From Rhizaria sp. SCN 62-66 (taxonomy: Eukaryota): a stretch of 64,000 bases of DNA. Shown one piece after another: positions 26,200-39,137 of the stretch; within the stretch, counting starts at the first letter, position 1, and each line of letters opens with the position of its first letter. The stretch is taken from the NCBI GenBank assembly GCA_001724265.1, contig MEDY01000137.1:1-64000 (forward strand). Reading direction: 5' to 3'. The notes beneath the pieces are model-generated. The model did not search any database. It was not told the origin of the DNA and saw only the letters and a program-made list of their open reading frames with translations. The translations under genes and the position numbers were made by a program.

Positions 26200-29100
26200 C
26201 GTTTTTGTTGCTGTTCTGACTCTGCGTCACGGGTGCTTTGCTCTTGTTGTTGTTGTTCGCAACATCGTCATCGCTGCTGTCGAAAAGGATGACGTCAGAG
26301 TCATCGCCGTCGCCATCGTCGCTCAGCAGAACCGCGCCGTCAGCCTCACTCTTGACTTCGCTCTTAACACGCCCCTTTACACTTGCGCCCGCATTGGCGC
26401 TGGCGCTGCGCATTGCAGTAGCATCAGCAACAGCAGCAGCAGCGGCAGCGGCAGTGGCAGTGGCAGTGTCGACGGAAGACTTCTGCATCCGCTCCTTGGC
26501 CTTGCGGCGCTTGCCCTTGGTCCTGGCGTCGACGCTAAAGCACGCCACGCGCAGCAGCTCGCAGTAGAGCGCGTGCTGCACCGCCGTCGGCCGCAGGAAC
26601 ATGGTCACTGTGGTCAGAGGGCCCAGTCGCGGTGCCAGCGCCAGCGCCGGGCGCGCGATCAGCACGCCCGCGGTGCGCAGTCGCTCCTGCAGCAGGCCTG
26701 CCCTACGCCGCGCGCGCGCCGACGCGGCCGCCGAGCCTAGCGCCTGCAGACCGCGCACGCAGGTGTCGAACAGCAGCGCCAGCACGGGCCGTGGCGGCAG
26801 CAGCGACGGGTCCTGCGGCCGCGACGCGCGGACGAGTGCGCAGAGATCGAGGACCGAGTTCTGGAACGGCGTGCCGGTGACGAGCACGCGCGTGGCCGTG
26901 CGGGGAAAGCGTGCCGCCGCGCGGTATAGAATCGAGGTCGGGTTCTTCAGCTTGTGCGCTTCGTCGATGCAGAGCGTGGTGGCGAGCGCCGCGAATGCGG
27001 TGCGCGTGCGCGGCGCGTAGACGTCGTGCTGCGACGGGCAGATCGCCGTCGCGAAGTAGAGAGCGAGCGGGCACTGGCGATGGCAAGGAGGCGAGGAAGG
27101 AGGCTTAACTGTACGGTCAGTAGACGACCGCTGCTCAGCGCCGTTCATGATCTCGCGCTTGACAGAGCGATGCTAATGTTGCTGCTGCTGAGCATTTTTT
27201 TGTTCTTGTTTGACGCCGCGATCTAAGGGGGTTCTTAGATCCGTGTGTGGGGACGCGCCAGACTGTGCCGCAGATGTGCGTGTGACAGTATCGGCATCGT
27301 TATAGTCATAGCAATTACGCTGCTTTTGTTCAAACTGTTCATGTTCCTGCTCTTGCTGCTGCTCTTGATCGTAGTCGTCGTTTGCGTAGTCGTTGTAGTC
27401 GCCAAGAGACCACTGGTTTTGCGCTGGCTCCTGGTCACCGTTATCGCGATCTTGCTCCTGTGGATGCGTCTCGGTATCAGTATTGACAGATGTGTTATCA
27501 GTCCTGCGCGCGTTACCGTCACTGTTTTCGCTCTGCTCCGACTTAACTTCTGACTTAACGCGACCGCCACTAGGGCTTGCACTCGCACTTGCACTCGCGC
27601 TCGCGCTAGAACTTGAACTAGAGCTAGAGTGGGGGCGAGAGCCAGTGTCACTGTCGCTGACCATGATACAGTCATCAGGGTCTGAGCTATCACCTGACTT
27701 CTTTTCACTCTTCACTCCGGCATCGGCACCAACAGTCGCACCCGCCTCGTTATTGCGACCACCCGGTGCGTTCTTGTTGCGAATGAACGCACCCAAGTTC
27801 TGGCCGTTATTGTACTCACGCTTGACACCGCCGCCGCGCTTGCTAGCGTTACCGCCGTCGTCGTCGTCATAACCACTGTCGCTGTATTCGGCCTCGGCCC
27901 CCGCTCCGGTGCTGAAGTCGCTGACCCTGTCTGCGCCGGCCACCGACTGCGCGAACACGGTCCCACGCGCGCGTAGCAGCGAGGGCTGCGCTGCGCCGAC
28001 GCGGTCGAAGCCGTAGGCGTTGCTGCTTTCGGCTTGACTAGGAACGGGTACTGGCATCGAAGCGATTGTGCGCGCGAGCGCGATCGCATGATCACGGTCA
28101 CGTTGCTGCTCACGGTCACTCGGGCGCTTAGAGGTATTCGAAGCGTGCTCACGGTCACCCCTCAAGGGAGCAGTGTTGTTGCCGTCCTAGTTGCCAGCGT
28201 AAAACAGCGCAGCCGTCCGGTGCAGATGCATAGTACTCCCATCAACACCCCTGTTGTTGCTGACGACCTTTGGCGGCCTAAACCGCGCTTGCTTGGCCCC
28301 CAGCAGCCCAAGCATCGCGTGCGTCGTCACCAGCACGTTCGCCGGCAGCAGCAGCTCACGGTCGCTGCCGCAGCGCCCGCGCGCCAGCGGCGGCAGCGCG
28401 TGGTAGGCGGCCGCGGCGGCGCCCCATGTCAGCAGCACGGTGTTGCGCGCGGCTGCGGGGGTCAAGGATGTAAGGGTCAGCGGCCTGAGTGCCCAGGGAA
28501 AGGCACTTAGATCAGCGCTGGTGGCAGCAGCACTTACACCTTGTGCGTTCGCATTGCTGCTACAGTTGTTTGAAGCAGAAGCACCGATTTCTGAAGGACT
28601 AGCAATGAACACAGGGACGCGCATTGACTGAGGAAGCGTAAACCAATCCTGTTGTTGCTGCTTTTGTTGGTTATTATCGTTATAATCATCACCTTGGTCG
28701 TCATCGCGCATTGCAGACCCGGGCTCCACCTTGAGCGCGTGTCCACGTATATTATTCGCACTTGCACTCGAGCTAGAACTAGAGCTCGAGCTATAATTGC
28801 TCGCGTGATTGTTGTTGTAATTGTTGCTGTGACTGATATTGCCGCTGCAGTACGCATGCGCGTCGCGCGCGTCGTACTGCAGCCACGAGTTGAACTTCTT
28901 GAGCTCGTTACACCAGTGCGTCACGAGAGCGGGCGGGGCGCACAGCACCACAGACAGCGGCTGCTGCGGCAGCGCCAGTAGCGTCTCTGTGGGGACGATG
29001 AGCCCGTCGCCGACGCCGCTGCCGCCCTTGGACTCAGAGGAGGCACTCACACCGTCCCTGCGCTGAACCGTGCTCACAGCAGCGGAGGCGCTGCTAGGGC

Positions 29101-30142
29101 TTTTGGGCTGAGAACGCTCTAGAGCTTGAGTCAGAACGCGGTGCACTGCAGCCTCGGCTTCGATCGCGACTGTGCCAAGTTTGGTGTTAGAGCGATTAGT
29201 TCCAACATCAGCAACTGCATATGCAGCGCTAGACTTAAAGCTTGACGAAGCACAAGAGCTCGCGTTCAATCTTGAGTCATTACTCGCACTCACACTCGCC
29301 CTTGCACTAGAGCTAGAGTTAGAGCTAGAGTTTGAACTCGACTCGCGCTTCACAGTAGAGTCTGCCACTGACTGTGCCGAGTGGCCCCGTTGCACTGGCT
29401 GCTCACTGTCACTCGCTCGCCCTTGCTGCCCACGGTCACTTGTAGACACGGTCTCACGGTCACTTGTAGCAGAGCCGGTCTCGCGCCTCCACGCTGCCGC
29501 CAGCGCGGCGACGCCCTCGGTCAACAGCAGCGCGCGCGCGGGCGGTGGCAGCTGCAGGAACGCGTTAACAGTGGCGATGGCGGCGACAACTTGGAGGGAC
29601 TTGCCGACGCCCATGCAGTCGGCCAGGATGCAGCCGTCCCCGTGGCTCAGCGCGGGCACCAAGGGGGTACTTGAATCACGTGCAGCAGAGGCACTTGCAG
29701 AGGAAGAAGAAGAAGAAGAAGAAGAAGCAGCCAAAGATGACGCACGTGTCGTTGTGTCACGGCTATCCTTGTTGTTCATGAGACTACTTAGACTGGTGGC
29801 ACTTAGACAGTCACCGGACGCCGTGATATACACGCTATCAACAGAACTCGCCGCCTTCGTCGCGATACTGCGCGTTTCCTCCGCGGCCATGCGCAAGTTG
29901 AGCATATTCTCCACAATGAACCTCGTGCCCGCCCGCTGGACGGGGGACAGACAGGCGAGTGCTTCGAGTGGCAGCAGACACATCGGGTGGCGGCCGCCGG
30001 TCAGCCACCGCGGCAGCGCGTTGAAGCCGGAGATGCGCGGGTCTGAGGGGGCGGCGTCTAAGGGGGTACTTAGACGGACACGGGCGCGGGGCGAGCCCTG
30101 GGCAAACGCGGCCGCAGACGGCTGCTTCTGTTGGTGCTGCTC

Positions 30143-30184
<42 letters not shown>

Positions 30185-31165
30185 CTGTTGTTGCTTCTGT
30201 AGTTGCGCCAGCTCCTGCTCCTGCTCCTGCTCCTGCTTGAGTGCCGAGATGGGCCGCGTCGGTTCTGCCGCCACCTGCGCCAGCGACACGCCCTTGGCCA
30301 GCCGCGTCAGTAGCACTGGACACCCGCTGCCCTGCGGCGGCCGCGGCGGCGCGCGGAGGTGGCAGTGTGCCAGCGCGCTGGGGAAGGGGCCGCGGTGGGT
30401 AAGAGTCGCGGGAGAGTGTAAGTACCCGGAGCCGCGGGGTAAGTGGCGCGCGGTGAATGATGTAAGTAGCGCGGTGTCACGGTCGCGGTCACGGTCGTGG
30501 GCATCGTCAGCGTCAAGGTCGAAGACAGAGTGTTTGTGGCTGTAGTTGTTGCTCTTGCTGCCGTTGTGCGAAAGGAACGAGATCATGTCGTCGTCTTGAT
30601 CAACAGCGTTAGCGTCATTACTATGAGCAATTTCGTCGTCGCTGTCACTGCTATCGTCTGAGAGGAAGTATTCTTCGTAGGCACTCTCGGCTTTCATGCG
30701 AGGCCGTTGATGCGGCAGCTGTTGATGTTGCTGTTGTTGTTGTTCTTGCTTAACATGAGTATCGTTGCGGTCGTTGTCGCTCATTAACACAGGCCGCATG
30801 TTGGTATCGCGTGGCACAGTAGCATTCGCACCCGCACCTGCACCCGCACCGGCACTAGAGACGCTTGCATGCGAGCTGCCATTGTTTTTATTTATAGCAA
30901 CGGCAGCGCTGTCGGTTCGCTGGACATCGTTGTCACGCATTTCGCGCTTAATTGGCGCAGGCCCGTATGTGCTAGCTATCGCTAAGGCTGCATGAGGGTC
31001 CGGCTTGACTGATGCGTGAGCTGCGTCGCATGCAGAAGCAGAGGCCAAGGCATCATCGCCGTATGCCGCCGCCAATCGAGAGGCGGAGACGCGCCTGCTT
31101 ACAGTGGTGTCGGCCTCCGAGTCTGACGAGGACAGCAGGACAATGGCGTCCGCGTCGGAAGACAT
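19413..31165 (-). CDS. Giant ATRX/RAD54L2-like SNF2 ATPase (about 3859 aa; exons 31165-22914 and 22740-19413) containing two in-frame TAG codons
   Basis: Motif I GCILADCMGVGKS, Ia CAPPALVTHWCNE, VLVTTH, II CIDEAHKLKN, III VTGTPFQN, GSKLWAL, V-VI GEGLDL..ANRVILIDVSWNASHDLQAAFRSYR. The three listed ORFs (31165-28187, 28165-27173, 27148-22874) share one frame and are separated only by TAG at 28187-28189 and 27173-27175. C4 zinc ribbon CPAC..CDSC. Ends in TAA. Confidence 0.85.
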
Positions 31166-31728
31166 GCGCGGTGAAGTGGCACGCGCACGGGCCCTTGTTG
31201 TGGTTGTGTGTGTGGCACGATAGGCCTGGGTGGAAGAGCGAGTCTGCGAGAGTCAAGTGGGGCAAGAGGAGACAGAAGTTTCTGGTGAGCACGAGAACAC
31301 AGAACAATCATAAAACATGAAGATAATACAAATTGGTGATTTTTTTCATATACCGCTATAAAGCCTCCAGTGACGGATGGCACGATGTATAACTGCTCTC
31401 TGTCCGAATGCTGACAGTCGGCTAGGTCGCGCGGGGCCAACGACCGTGGGAGTCCGACTTGTTTGTGGCTGGTCGAGTCGGTCCGATCGTGGGGACTCTC
31501 TGTCCAGAAGAGGATTCCGCGCTCCGTAAAACGATGTCTATACTGAGTCTGTTGCGCGTGAGATGCGCACAACGACCGTGCAACCTGGGTTATTATTTCT
31601 TGAAGTTGTATATATTTATGTACGCAACGTGTTCTTCCGTGTCCTTGACCTCAAAGTATCCTCTTTCCACACGCCCTTTTGCGCTTTCCGCGGCGCCCGT
31701 ACTGCTCTTCGCTTTTGCTGCACAGAAG

Positions 31729-34531
31729 ATGAGCAAGAAGAAGTTCGCCAAGGTCGACTTCGCCGAATTCCACCGCGAGGGCGCCACGGACCTCAATGCC
31801 TTCAGGTACGCTCCTATCCACGCACACATTTACCCCTACGAATCCTTTTCACCTCCCTGCCTCGTGCTCGTCTCCTCTCCTTGCCGCCACTCACGGGCAC
31901 TCGCACCAAACAGCGACAGAACATATATAAACCTAAATCTGCAAGCGTATACGTCTGCATTCACGATTAATAACATGCATTCTTCCTTAATATCGTCTTT
32001 GTAATTTGCTATGTATTGTTTAGCAACACCGCGAGCAGCGACAACGTGAGCTCGACCCCTGAGTACCGTTCCTCGCGCTTCAACGATGACCGCGGCTCTG
32101 CCCCGCGCTCCGGCGGCTCCGGCGGCTACCGCTCCGACCGCGAGGCCCCCAGCCGCTTTGACTCGTTCTCGCGCGACATGATGGGCTCCGCGCCCGCGCC
32201 CCGCGACCGCGACGACGGCGACTCCCGCGGCTCCCGCTTCGGCGGCGGCGGCGACCGCGATTCGTTCCGCAGCGGCGGCGGCGACCGCGACCGCGACGGC
32301 GGCTACCGTGGCGGCTCTTCCGGCGGCAGCTCGCGCTTCGGCGGCGGCGACCGCGAGTTCAGCCGCGATTCCTTCGGCTCCGCCCCCGCGCCCTCGCGCT
32401 CCTTTGACCGCGATTCGGACCGCGGCGGCGACCGCGCCAGCGACCGCGGCGCTGACCGCGGCTCTCGCTTTGGCGGCGACCGCGACGGCAACCGTGGCGG
32501 TGACCGCGACTCGCGTCCGTCCCGCTTCGGCGGCGGTGACCGCGAGTTCTCCCGCGACTCGTTCGGCTCCGCGCCCGCCCCCGCGCCCCGCGGCGACCGC
32601 GACGGCGACGACAACAACAGCGGCGACCGCCCCCCTCGCTTCGGCGGCAACCGCGGCGGCGAGCGCGACCGCGACGGTGGCGACAGCCGTTCGTTCGGCT
32701 CCCGCTTCGGCGGCGACCGCGACCGCGAGTTCTCGCGCGAGGCCTTCGGCTCCGCCCCCGCCCCCACCCGCCAGTCGAGCGACCGCGAGCCCCGCGGTGA
32801 GCGCGCTGAGCGTGGCGACGAGGACCGTGAGCCGCGGTCGACGCGCGCGCCCCGCGACAACAAGCCCGAGCGCGAGTTCTCGCGCGACATGATGGGCCAG
32901 CAGCCCCCCGCGCGCGAGAGCAGCGGCCGGGACCGTTTCGCGCCCCTCTCCAAGGGCTCCTCATCCTCCTCGGCTGCGCCCGAGGCTGACGCCGACGGGT
33001 TCACCACCGTGGCCCCCAAGGGCGGCCGCCCCGTCGCCGCCACGGTCTCGCATGGCAACAGCGGCGACGTCCGCAACCAGTCCGGCGGCAGCGCCAGCAG
33101 CAAGAGCAATGCGGGGCCGAAGAACGCCTTCTCTGCACTTGGCGACAGCGACGACGAGGACGAGCCTGAGCCCGAGGCCGCCGCGCCCGCCCTCAAGGTC
33201 AAGGCCGCTCCCTCCGCCCCCGCCCCCGCTGCTGCTCCCGCTGCTGCTCCTGCTGCTGCGGCAGCTAGCGAGGAGGCGCCCCGTAAGTACGTGCCCCGCT
33301 CCATCGCCGCCGCCGCCGCCGCCGCCAAGTCCTCCGAGCCCGAGCTGCCTGCCGCCGCCCCTGTCGCCGCTGCCAAGGCCCCCGAGCCCGTCGCCGCTGC
33401 GCCCGCCGCCGCCAAGGCTGCTCCCGCCGCTGCTGCTACTGCTACTGCTGTTGGGTCTGACCGCAAGGCCACTCCTCTCACCAAGGCCATGGAGGCCAGC
33501 GAGGGCACCATCGCCCTCGGCCAGGTACGCGTATTACCATATATCACAACAAAGATCACATGTTATTGACATAAGTTTACGATATTGTATAACTTCATCC
33601 ACTTATCTGAAGTAATGTGCTTTTATATTTCTACTTTACTCACATATATCTTCGCAATGGTTTCACCATTTGTTTCGGCATCTGCTTTTAGGTCAAGAAG
33701 TGCATCCCGGACCTCCTCCCGCTCTCGGCGGCCGTCTCCGCGCCCCTCGCGGCGCTGCTGTCCCGCTCCATGGCGGCGGGCGAGTTCTCCGCGCTCGACG
33801 CCGCCGAGGTCGTTGCCAAGACTGTCGGCGACGCCGCCGCACGCTTCTCCAAGCGTGACACACCCGACGCCGACCACGAGGCCGCACGCGCTGCCGCCCA
33901 GACCGCCTACCGCGCCGTCGTCTTTGCCGCGCTGAAGCACTGGGCCGCAGCGGCGTCCGAGGCCGCCGTGGTCGCGCACCTTACGGCCGAGAAGAACCCC
34001 GCCATCCTCAGCGCTATCGCGGGCGACGAGAAGGACCCCGCCTGCGGCCCAGCCGCCGCGCGCGCTGCCGGTGCCAACTTCCTCGCGACGGCCTTCGACG
34101 CCGCGGCCGAGCCCGCGGTGAACGCCAACGACGCCGGCGCCGCGTCCACGCTCGCCGCTGTTGTCAAGGCCGTCGCCGCCGCGGACCTGACCTCCGCCGC
34201 CGCCGTCGCCGCCGCGCTCGCACCGTACGTCGAGGGCGTCAAGGCCGCCGCCGACAAGACGGCCTACTTTGGCCTGCTCGTCGAGGCCTGGGCCGCGCTG
34301 TCTGCGACCCCGGCCGGTGAGCGCGAGGTGATCATCGCGCTCGCCAAGGCCCTCGTGGCCTCCGAGGCCGTGCCCGCCGCTGCCATCGGCTGCTGGCGCG
34401 ACGCGAGCTCCAACCAGAGCCCCGCCAAGATGAAGGGCCTGCTCGCCGTCGGCGTGTGGCTCAACACGGTCGCGCCCAAGGCCGCCGTCGTCGTCCAGCA
34501 GTTCGACGACGACGAGGAGGACAACGAGTAA
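31729..34531 (+). CDS. RG/RD-rich repeat protein with a C-terminal W2-like (eIF4G/eIF5C-type) domain, 3 exons; probable translation-related factor
   Basis: MSKKKFAKVDF start; five FSR[DE]xxG repeats; NAFSALGDSDDE. C-terminus IGCWRD..AKMKGLLAVGVWLNTV..DDDEEDNE resembles W2 aromatic/acidic boxes. Ends in TAA. Confidence 0.6.
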
Positions 34532-35433
34532 GCAGGACGGCCTGACTTTGAGAAGTTTTGCTGCCGTCGCGCGCGCTGCCTCTGCGCGCGCGTGTGTGTT
34601 GTCTAGACTAGCCCCCTGAGCTGAGCGCTCGATGTAGAGTGATGAGGAGACGGTGGTGCCACCATTAAGTAACGATGGTGTTGCTGTTGTTTGTTGTTGT
34701 TGCTTCTCTTACGATGCGGATAATTTGAACAGCGACAGGTGGGTGGTGGAGATACGGAATATGGTACAGATGGATGAATAGTGTTGTTATGAATTGAAGA
34801 CGACAAGTAACCCTGATAGACGACGAAGCAAAGACACATGTGCTTTTTATGACAATGTGAGCTTGCTTTCTTCTTGTTGCTTTTTGGTGGTGGGACGGAA
34901 TGTGATGAAAATACTTCTAGTTGGCTGGCGTGTTGGTGTGTGTTGTGTAAAAGCAAAATATCAAAATACTCTATAAAACAAACTCTTTATTTTACTCCTT
35001 AATATGCTACTTTGTCGATTATGATAGTAAGGCCTCCGTTGTAATATGAGATGATGGGGAATTTGTTTGATACATTGACTTTATTTTGGTGCGCAAAGAT
35101 TAATCCAACTACAAACGCTTTGGATGAAGCTGTTATGCATTGCCCTTGAGTATTACTCAGAGACATCTGAAGGAATCCCCTTGTCATTGCTCGCGATCGT
35201 CTCGTCACTAGGCTCAACGTTGTTGTTCTCCTGAGCATTGGCAGATAGCACGTTAAGAGCTGCAACATTCGACCTGAAGTCATTTCGCATCGTCCGAAAA
35301 CACCGATTCAACATCATAACCGCAGTCAACATCAGCAGGCCCAATTCAGTCAATACAACCGCTTTGTGGCACTAACTATAAAAGAGCAACACACAGCATG
35401 GCACACATATTAATACGTGTTCACGAGTCGAGC

Positions 35434-38400
35434 TCACACCACCGCCGCCGCGGTCGCCGTGGCTCCGCCGCTGCCGCCGCCGCCGGACACGGCGCGCGCC
35501 ACGCGGATGGCGGCGTCGCGCTGCGACTCGGCCGTGCGCAAGTAGTGCTCGAGACTGTCGCAGCGAGCGGCCAAGTCAGCGTGCGCCTGGGTACGGGTCA
35601 AAACAAGATATAACAAAATAGAGGCGTGAACAAAATTGACAAGATGTCCGTGATGGATTACAGAGACAATTCTTCTGAAGACGACGTGGCCGAGCTTTGT
35701 TTAATGAGATTACAATAAGGTATGATGCCATAGTATTCGCAGTTGTGTTGCTATTGTGTGTGATCAAGTTAACGTACATGCACGAGTTCCCTGTGCGCGT
35801 CCTCCATCTTGCGCATGCGCGCCTTGGTCACGATCGCGGACTGTTCCGCCGCCGCCAGCGCCGCCTTGGCGCGCACGGCCTCGCGCTCGCTCTGCTCCGC
35901 CACCGCCGCGGCCTCGTCTTGACGCTCCCGCAGCGCCGCCGCCTCGGCCTCGGCCGCGCGCAGCAACGCCTCAGCGCGCGCGCGGGCCGCAATCTCACTC
36001 TTGACGTGCTCCTTCGCGCGCACCACGGTACTCTCGAGCGCTGACGCAGACTGCGCCAGCAGGGCGTCTTGCTTCGCAGACAGGTCCGCCGCCTGCGCCG
36101 CCAGCGCGGCCAGCTCGCTCTCCGACTGCTGCTGCCGCGCGCGCGCCTCGGTGGCCTCCTGCGTGCGCGTGGTGGTTACGAGCGCGAGCTGGCCGGCGAG
36201 CGCGCGCGTGCGGGCCTCGGAGGCCAACGTGTGTTCGCGCAGGGCCTCACTCGCCTGCGTCTCAGTCGCCTATTGTTGGACAAGAATAATAAATGGGATA
36301 TTAAATCACGAAGGTGAGTCTTGAACAAATGTAAATGTCGGATGTAAAATATAACCAAGATAAAAATAACAAAAGATCCTAAATTAACACGTAGACACGA
36401 TACTTGATGTTCATCCAATGATATTTTGGTAACTGTAAAGTCCATGAACGAACCTTGGCGTTTGCCGCGTCTTGCTGCGCCGCGGCGGCCTCCGCCTGCG
36501 CCTGCGTCAGCGCCGCGACGATCCTGTTCCGCTCCTCCTCCCACACGCCGCGCTCGCGGTCGAGCCGCGCACGCAGCGCCTGCGCCTCCCTGGCGGCGCG
36601 CGCGGCGCACTCCCCCGCCTCCTCTTCATGGGCGGCCGCGGTGGTGGCGCGCGCCTGGGCCTGGTCCACGAGCGCACGGAAAGCAAGCGCATCGGCGTCG
36701 CGCTGCTGCGAAACGCGGGCCAGCGCGTGGCTCAGGTCCGCCGCCGTCGCCGTCGCAGAGTCGCGCTCGGAGACGGCGCGCGTAAGCTGATCGTGCAGCG
36801 AAGTCGTCGCCTTGTCCTAAACGCGCATAGTAGTTCACAAAACAGAAGGTATCTCAACAAAGTGAGCACGAGATAAAGAACCATCAACATTATAGAATTT
36901 AAATAGCAATACACATAGTATACTTAAGTTTTGTTGAGAACGTACCGCATCCGATTTTAGAATGGCATGTTTTTGCGCTTGCTCGGCCACATCGGCGGCG
37001 GCGGCCGCAAGCACACGGTTGAACTCCTTCTCGTGATCGAGCCTCGCTGCCTCGATCTATATAAAAAAAGAATGTGTAGATACAAAATACAATCGATTTT
37101 CTGTGATTTCTATAAAAAAAATTACAGCACTATTAGTTAGAATTAGTGTGACATAGCTTCAACTGACATAGATCCACATATTCAACATACCTGTGCCTTG
37201 AGGGCCGCGACCTCCTGCTCGGTGCACTTGCGCGCCGTCGCCTCCTGCGTCGCCCGCTGCGCCTCCGCGTTGCCCGCGTAAACAGCGCGCACCTCTGCCT
37301 CGCGTGCCTTCTCCGCCTGTGCCAGCGCGGCGGCGACGTGGCGCCGCAGCGTCTCGCACTCCTCCGTCTTGGCAACGATCTCGGCGGTCAGCTCGGCGAC
37401 GCGGGCCTCGGACGCAAGCGCGCGGTCCGCCTCGTGCTGCGCCGCGGCCTCGAGCGCGCCAGCGCGGGCCTGGGCCGCCGCCAAGACGTGCTCCGTCTCG
37501 CCCAACCGCGCCGCCGCGGCCACGCCGTCCTCGACTCGCGCCTGAAGCCGGCGTGCGTCCTTGCTCAGCACGGCCAGCCGCTGTTCCGCCTGCCCGTGCA
37601 CCACCGCCGCCGCCGTGAGCTCCTTCTGCAGCGCGGTAACTGTGGCCTCAAGCGCGGCGACGCGCTCAGTCGCCTGCGCGTGGGCCGGGGTCAGCACTGT
37701 CAGGCGCTCGGCGGCCGCGCGTTCGGAACGCGTGACTAAGTCAAGCCGCTGCTGCACAGCGGTAAGCTCCGCTAGCAAGAGCTCCGAGTCGTGCGCTGAT
37801 AAGCCGCCACCGTTGCCGCTGTTGTTGTTCATCGCAAAGCCACCGCCGCCGTCACTGTTGCCGCCGCCGCCGCTGTGGCTTGGAGGGTTTGTGGTGATCT
37901 CTGCGAGCTGCCGCTGCAGGATGTCGTACTGCGCAAGTGCATCGGCCATCTGCCCGCGCAGCGCCGCGACTTGCGCGTCAGCGCGGTCCCGGGCGGCGGT
38001 AACGTCCTCGAGGCGGCGCGCGTAGGCATCGAGCAACGGGGACGCGAGTGCTGCGTCCACGCACTCTTGCGGGAGGTCGGCCAGAGGGCTGGAGCGGAAG
38101 GAGACGGCGATCGAGTGTGCGAGGGCCGGGAACTGCGCCTGGTAGAGGCGCAGCTCGGCGTCGCAGCGGGAAGAGTACTGGCGGAGCGCCGCGTTGTCCG
38201 CGCGCAGGGCGGCGATGATTTCCTGTCGGGGACGAGAAACAAGAGGCAATGAGGAGCGAATTATGATTATTAGTGTATGTTTACTCAATGTAAACAGTAT
38301 ATTCCATAGGTACAATGATACACAATATACGCAACGCGATATTGTTAGATTAAAACCTTGGGTGTCATCACTGAATGGTCTTTCATTTCTTTGCTGTGTG

Positions 38401-38610
38401 AAATGGTCGTACCTCTGCGTCGTCAGCGTCGTAACCCTGATCGTAGTGAGCGGAAGAGACGGTGGCCGCAGGCAGTTGCTGTTGTTTCTGGCGAGCACCC
38501 GTAGCAGCACCGGGGTAGTTGCTGTTGTTGTTGTCGCCATTGTTGCCTGTAGAAGTTGCTGAGAGCTGTTCAGGACCCAGCGGAGCGCCGTGGTTGGGAG
38601 AGGAGCTCAT
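35434..38610 (-). CDS. Long coiled-coil protein, SCLT1 (centriole distal appendage)-like, about 6 exons
   Basis: Phase-consistent GT-AG exon chain. N-terminal ELRLYQ...LASPLLDAYARRLE resembles the SCLT1 N-terminus, followed by heptad-rich coiled coil. Ends in TGA. Confidence 0.6.
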
Positions 38611-39137
38611 GGAGCTCGATGAGAATCACGCGTAGTAATATATGCGCACGTTGCGTATAGCTTTGAAGTGAGTCTATACGCAAGCAAAGTATCACCAGCG
38701 TAGAATGATCAGTAATGATGGAGAATAGAGTGAAAAATTTGAAACTGACTAGCCGTTGAGAAGGTGAAGGAGTGTCGAGGGTTTCCTTGAGCATACTGAA
38801 GCCAAATGAGGCAAAAGGAAGGTTTAATTAAAATCAACAGGGTATGCGTCCAGTGCAAATAAGGAAGTCGCGCAATAGGTCCAACCACGGTCATTTTATG
38901 CCAGTAGAATCACTTTCAATAGCAACGTTTCCTCCAAGCCTCACTTGGACTCGGCCGCTCGACAGACAGCAAGACTCGGTACCGCAAACAAAGAGTTTAT
39001 ATATCGGCCATATGATCGCCATTCGACATATAAGTTGGATATGGCATATAGTTTGAACGTTCAAGCATGAAGAATGAACTAATACTTCCTATTAATTGCA
39101 CTACTGTATCTATAACTGTCAAGCCCGCCCGCGCCCG

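Noticed and set aside
27173-28189. Treating the inter-TAG segment as an intron, or the SNF2 pieces as separate genes
   Set aside because: I found no phase-compatible consensus splice sites, the segment is stop-free with protein-like motifs, and splitting would separate Walker A from Walker B.
35153-35400. Possible extra 3' exon of the SCLT1-like gene using a GTGAGC donor near 35437
   Set aside because: It needs an atypically short intron and has non-coding-like composition; the TGA at 35434 is the simpler end.
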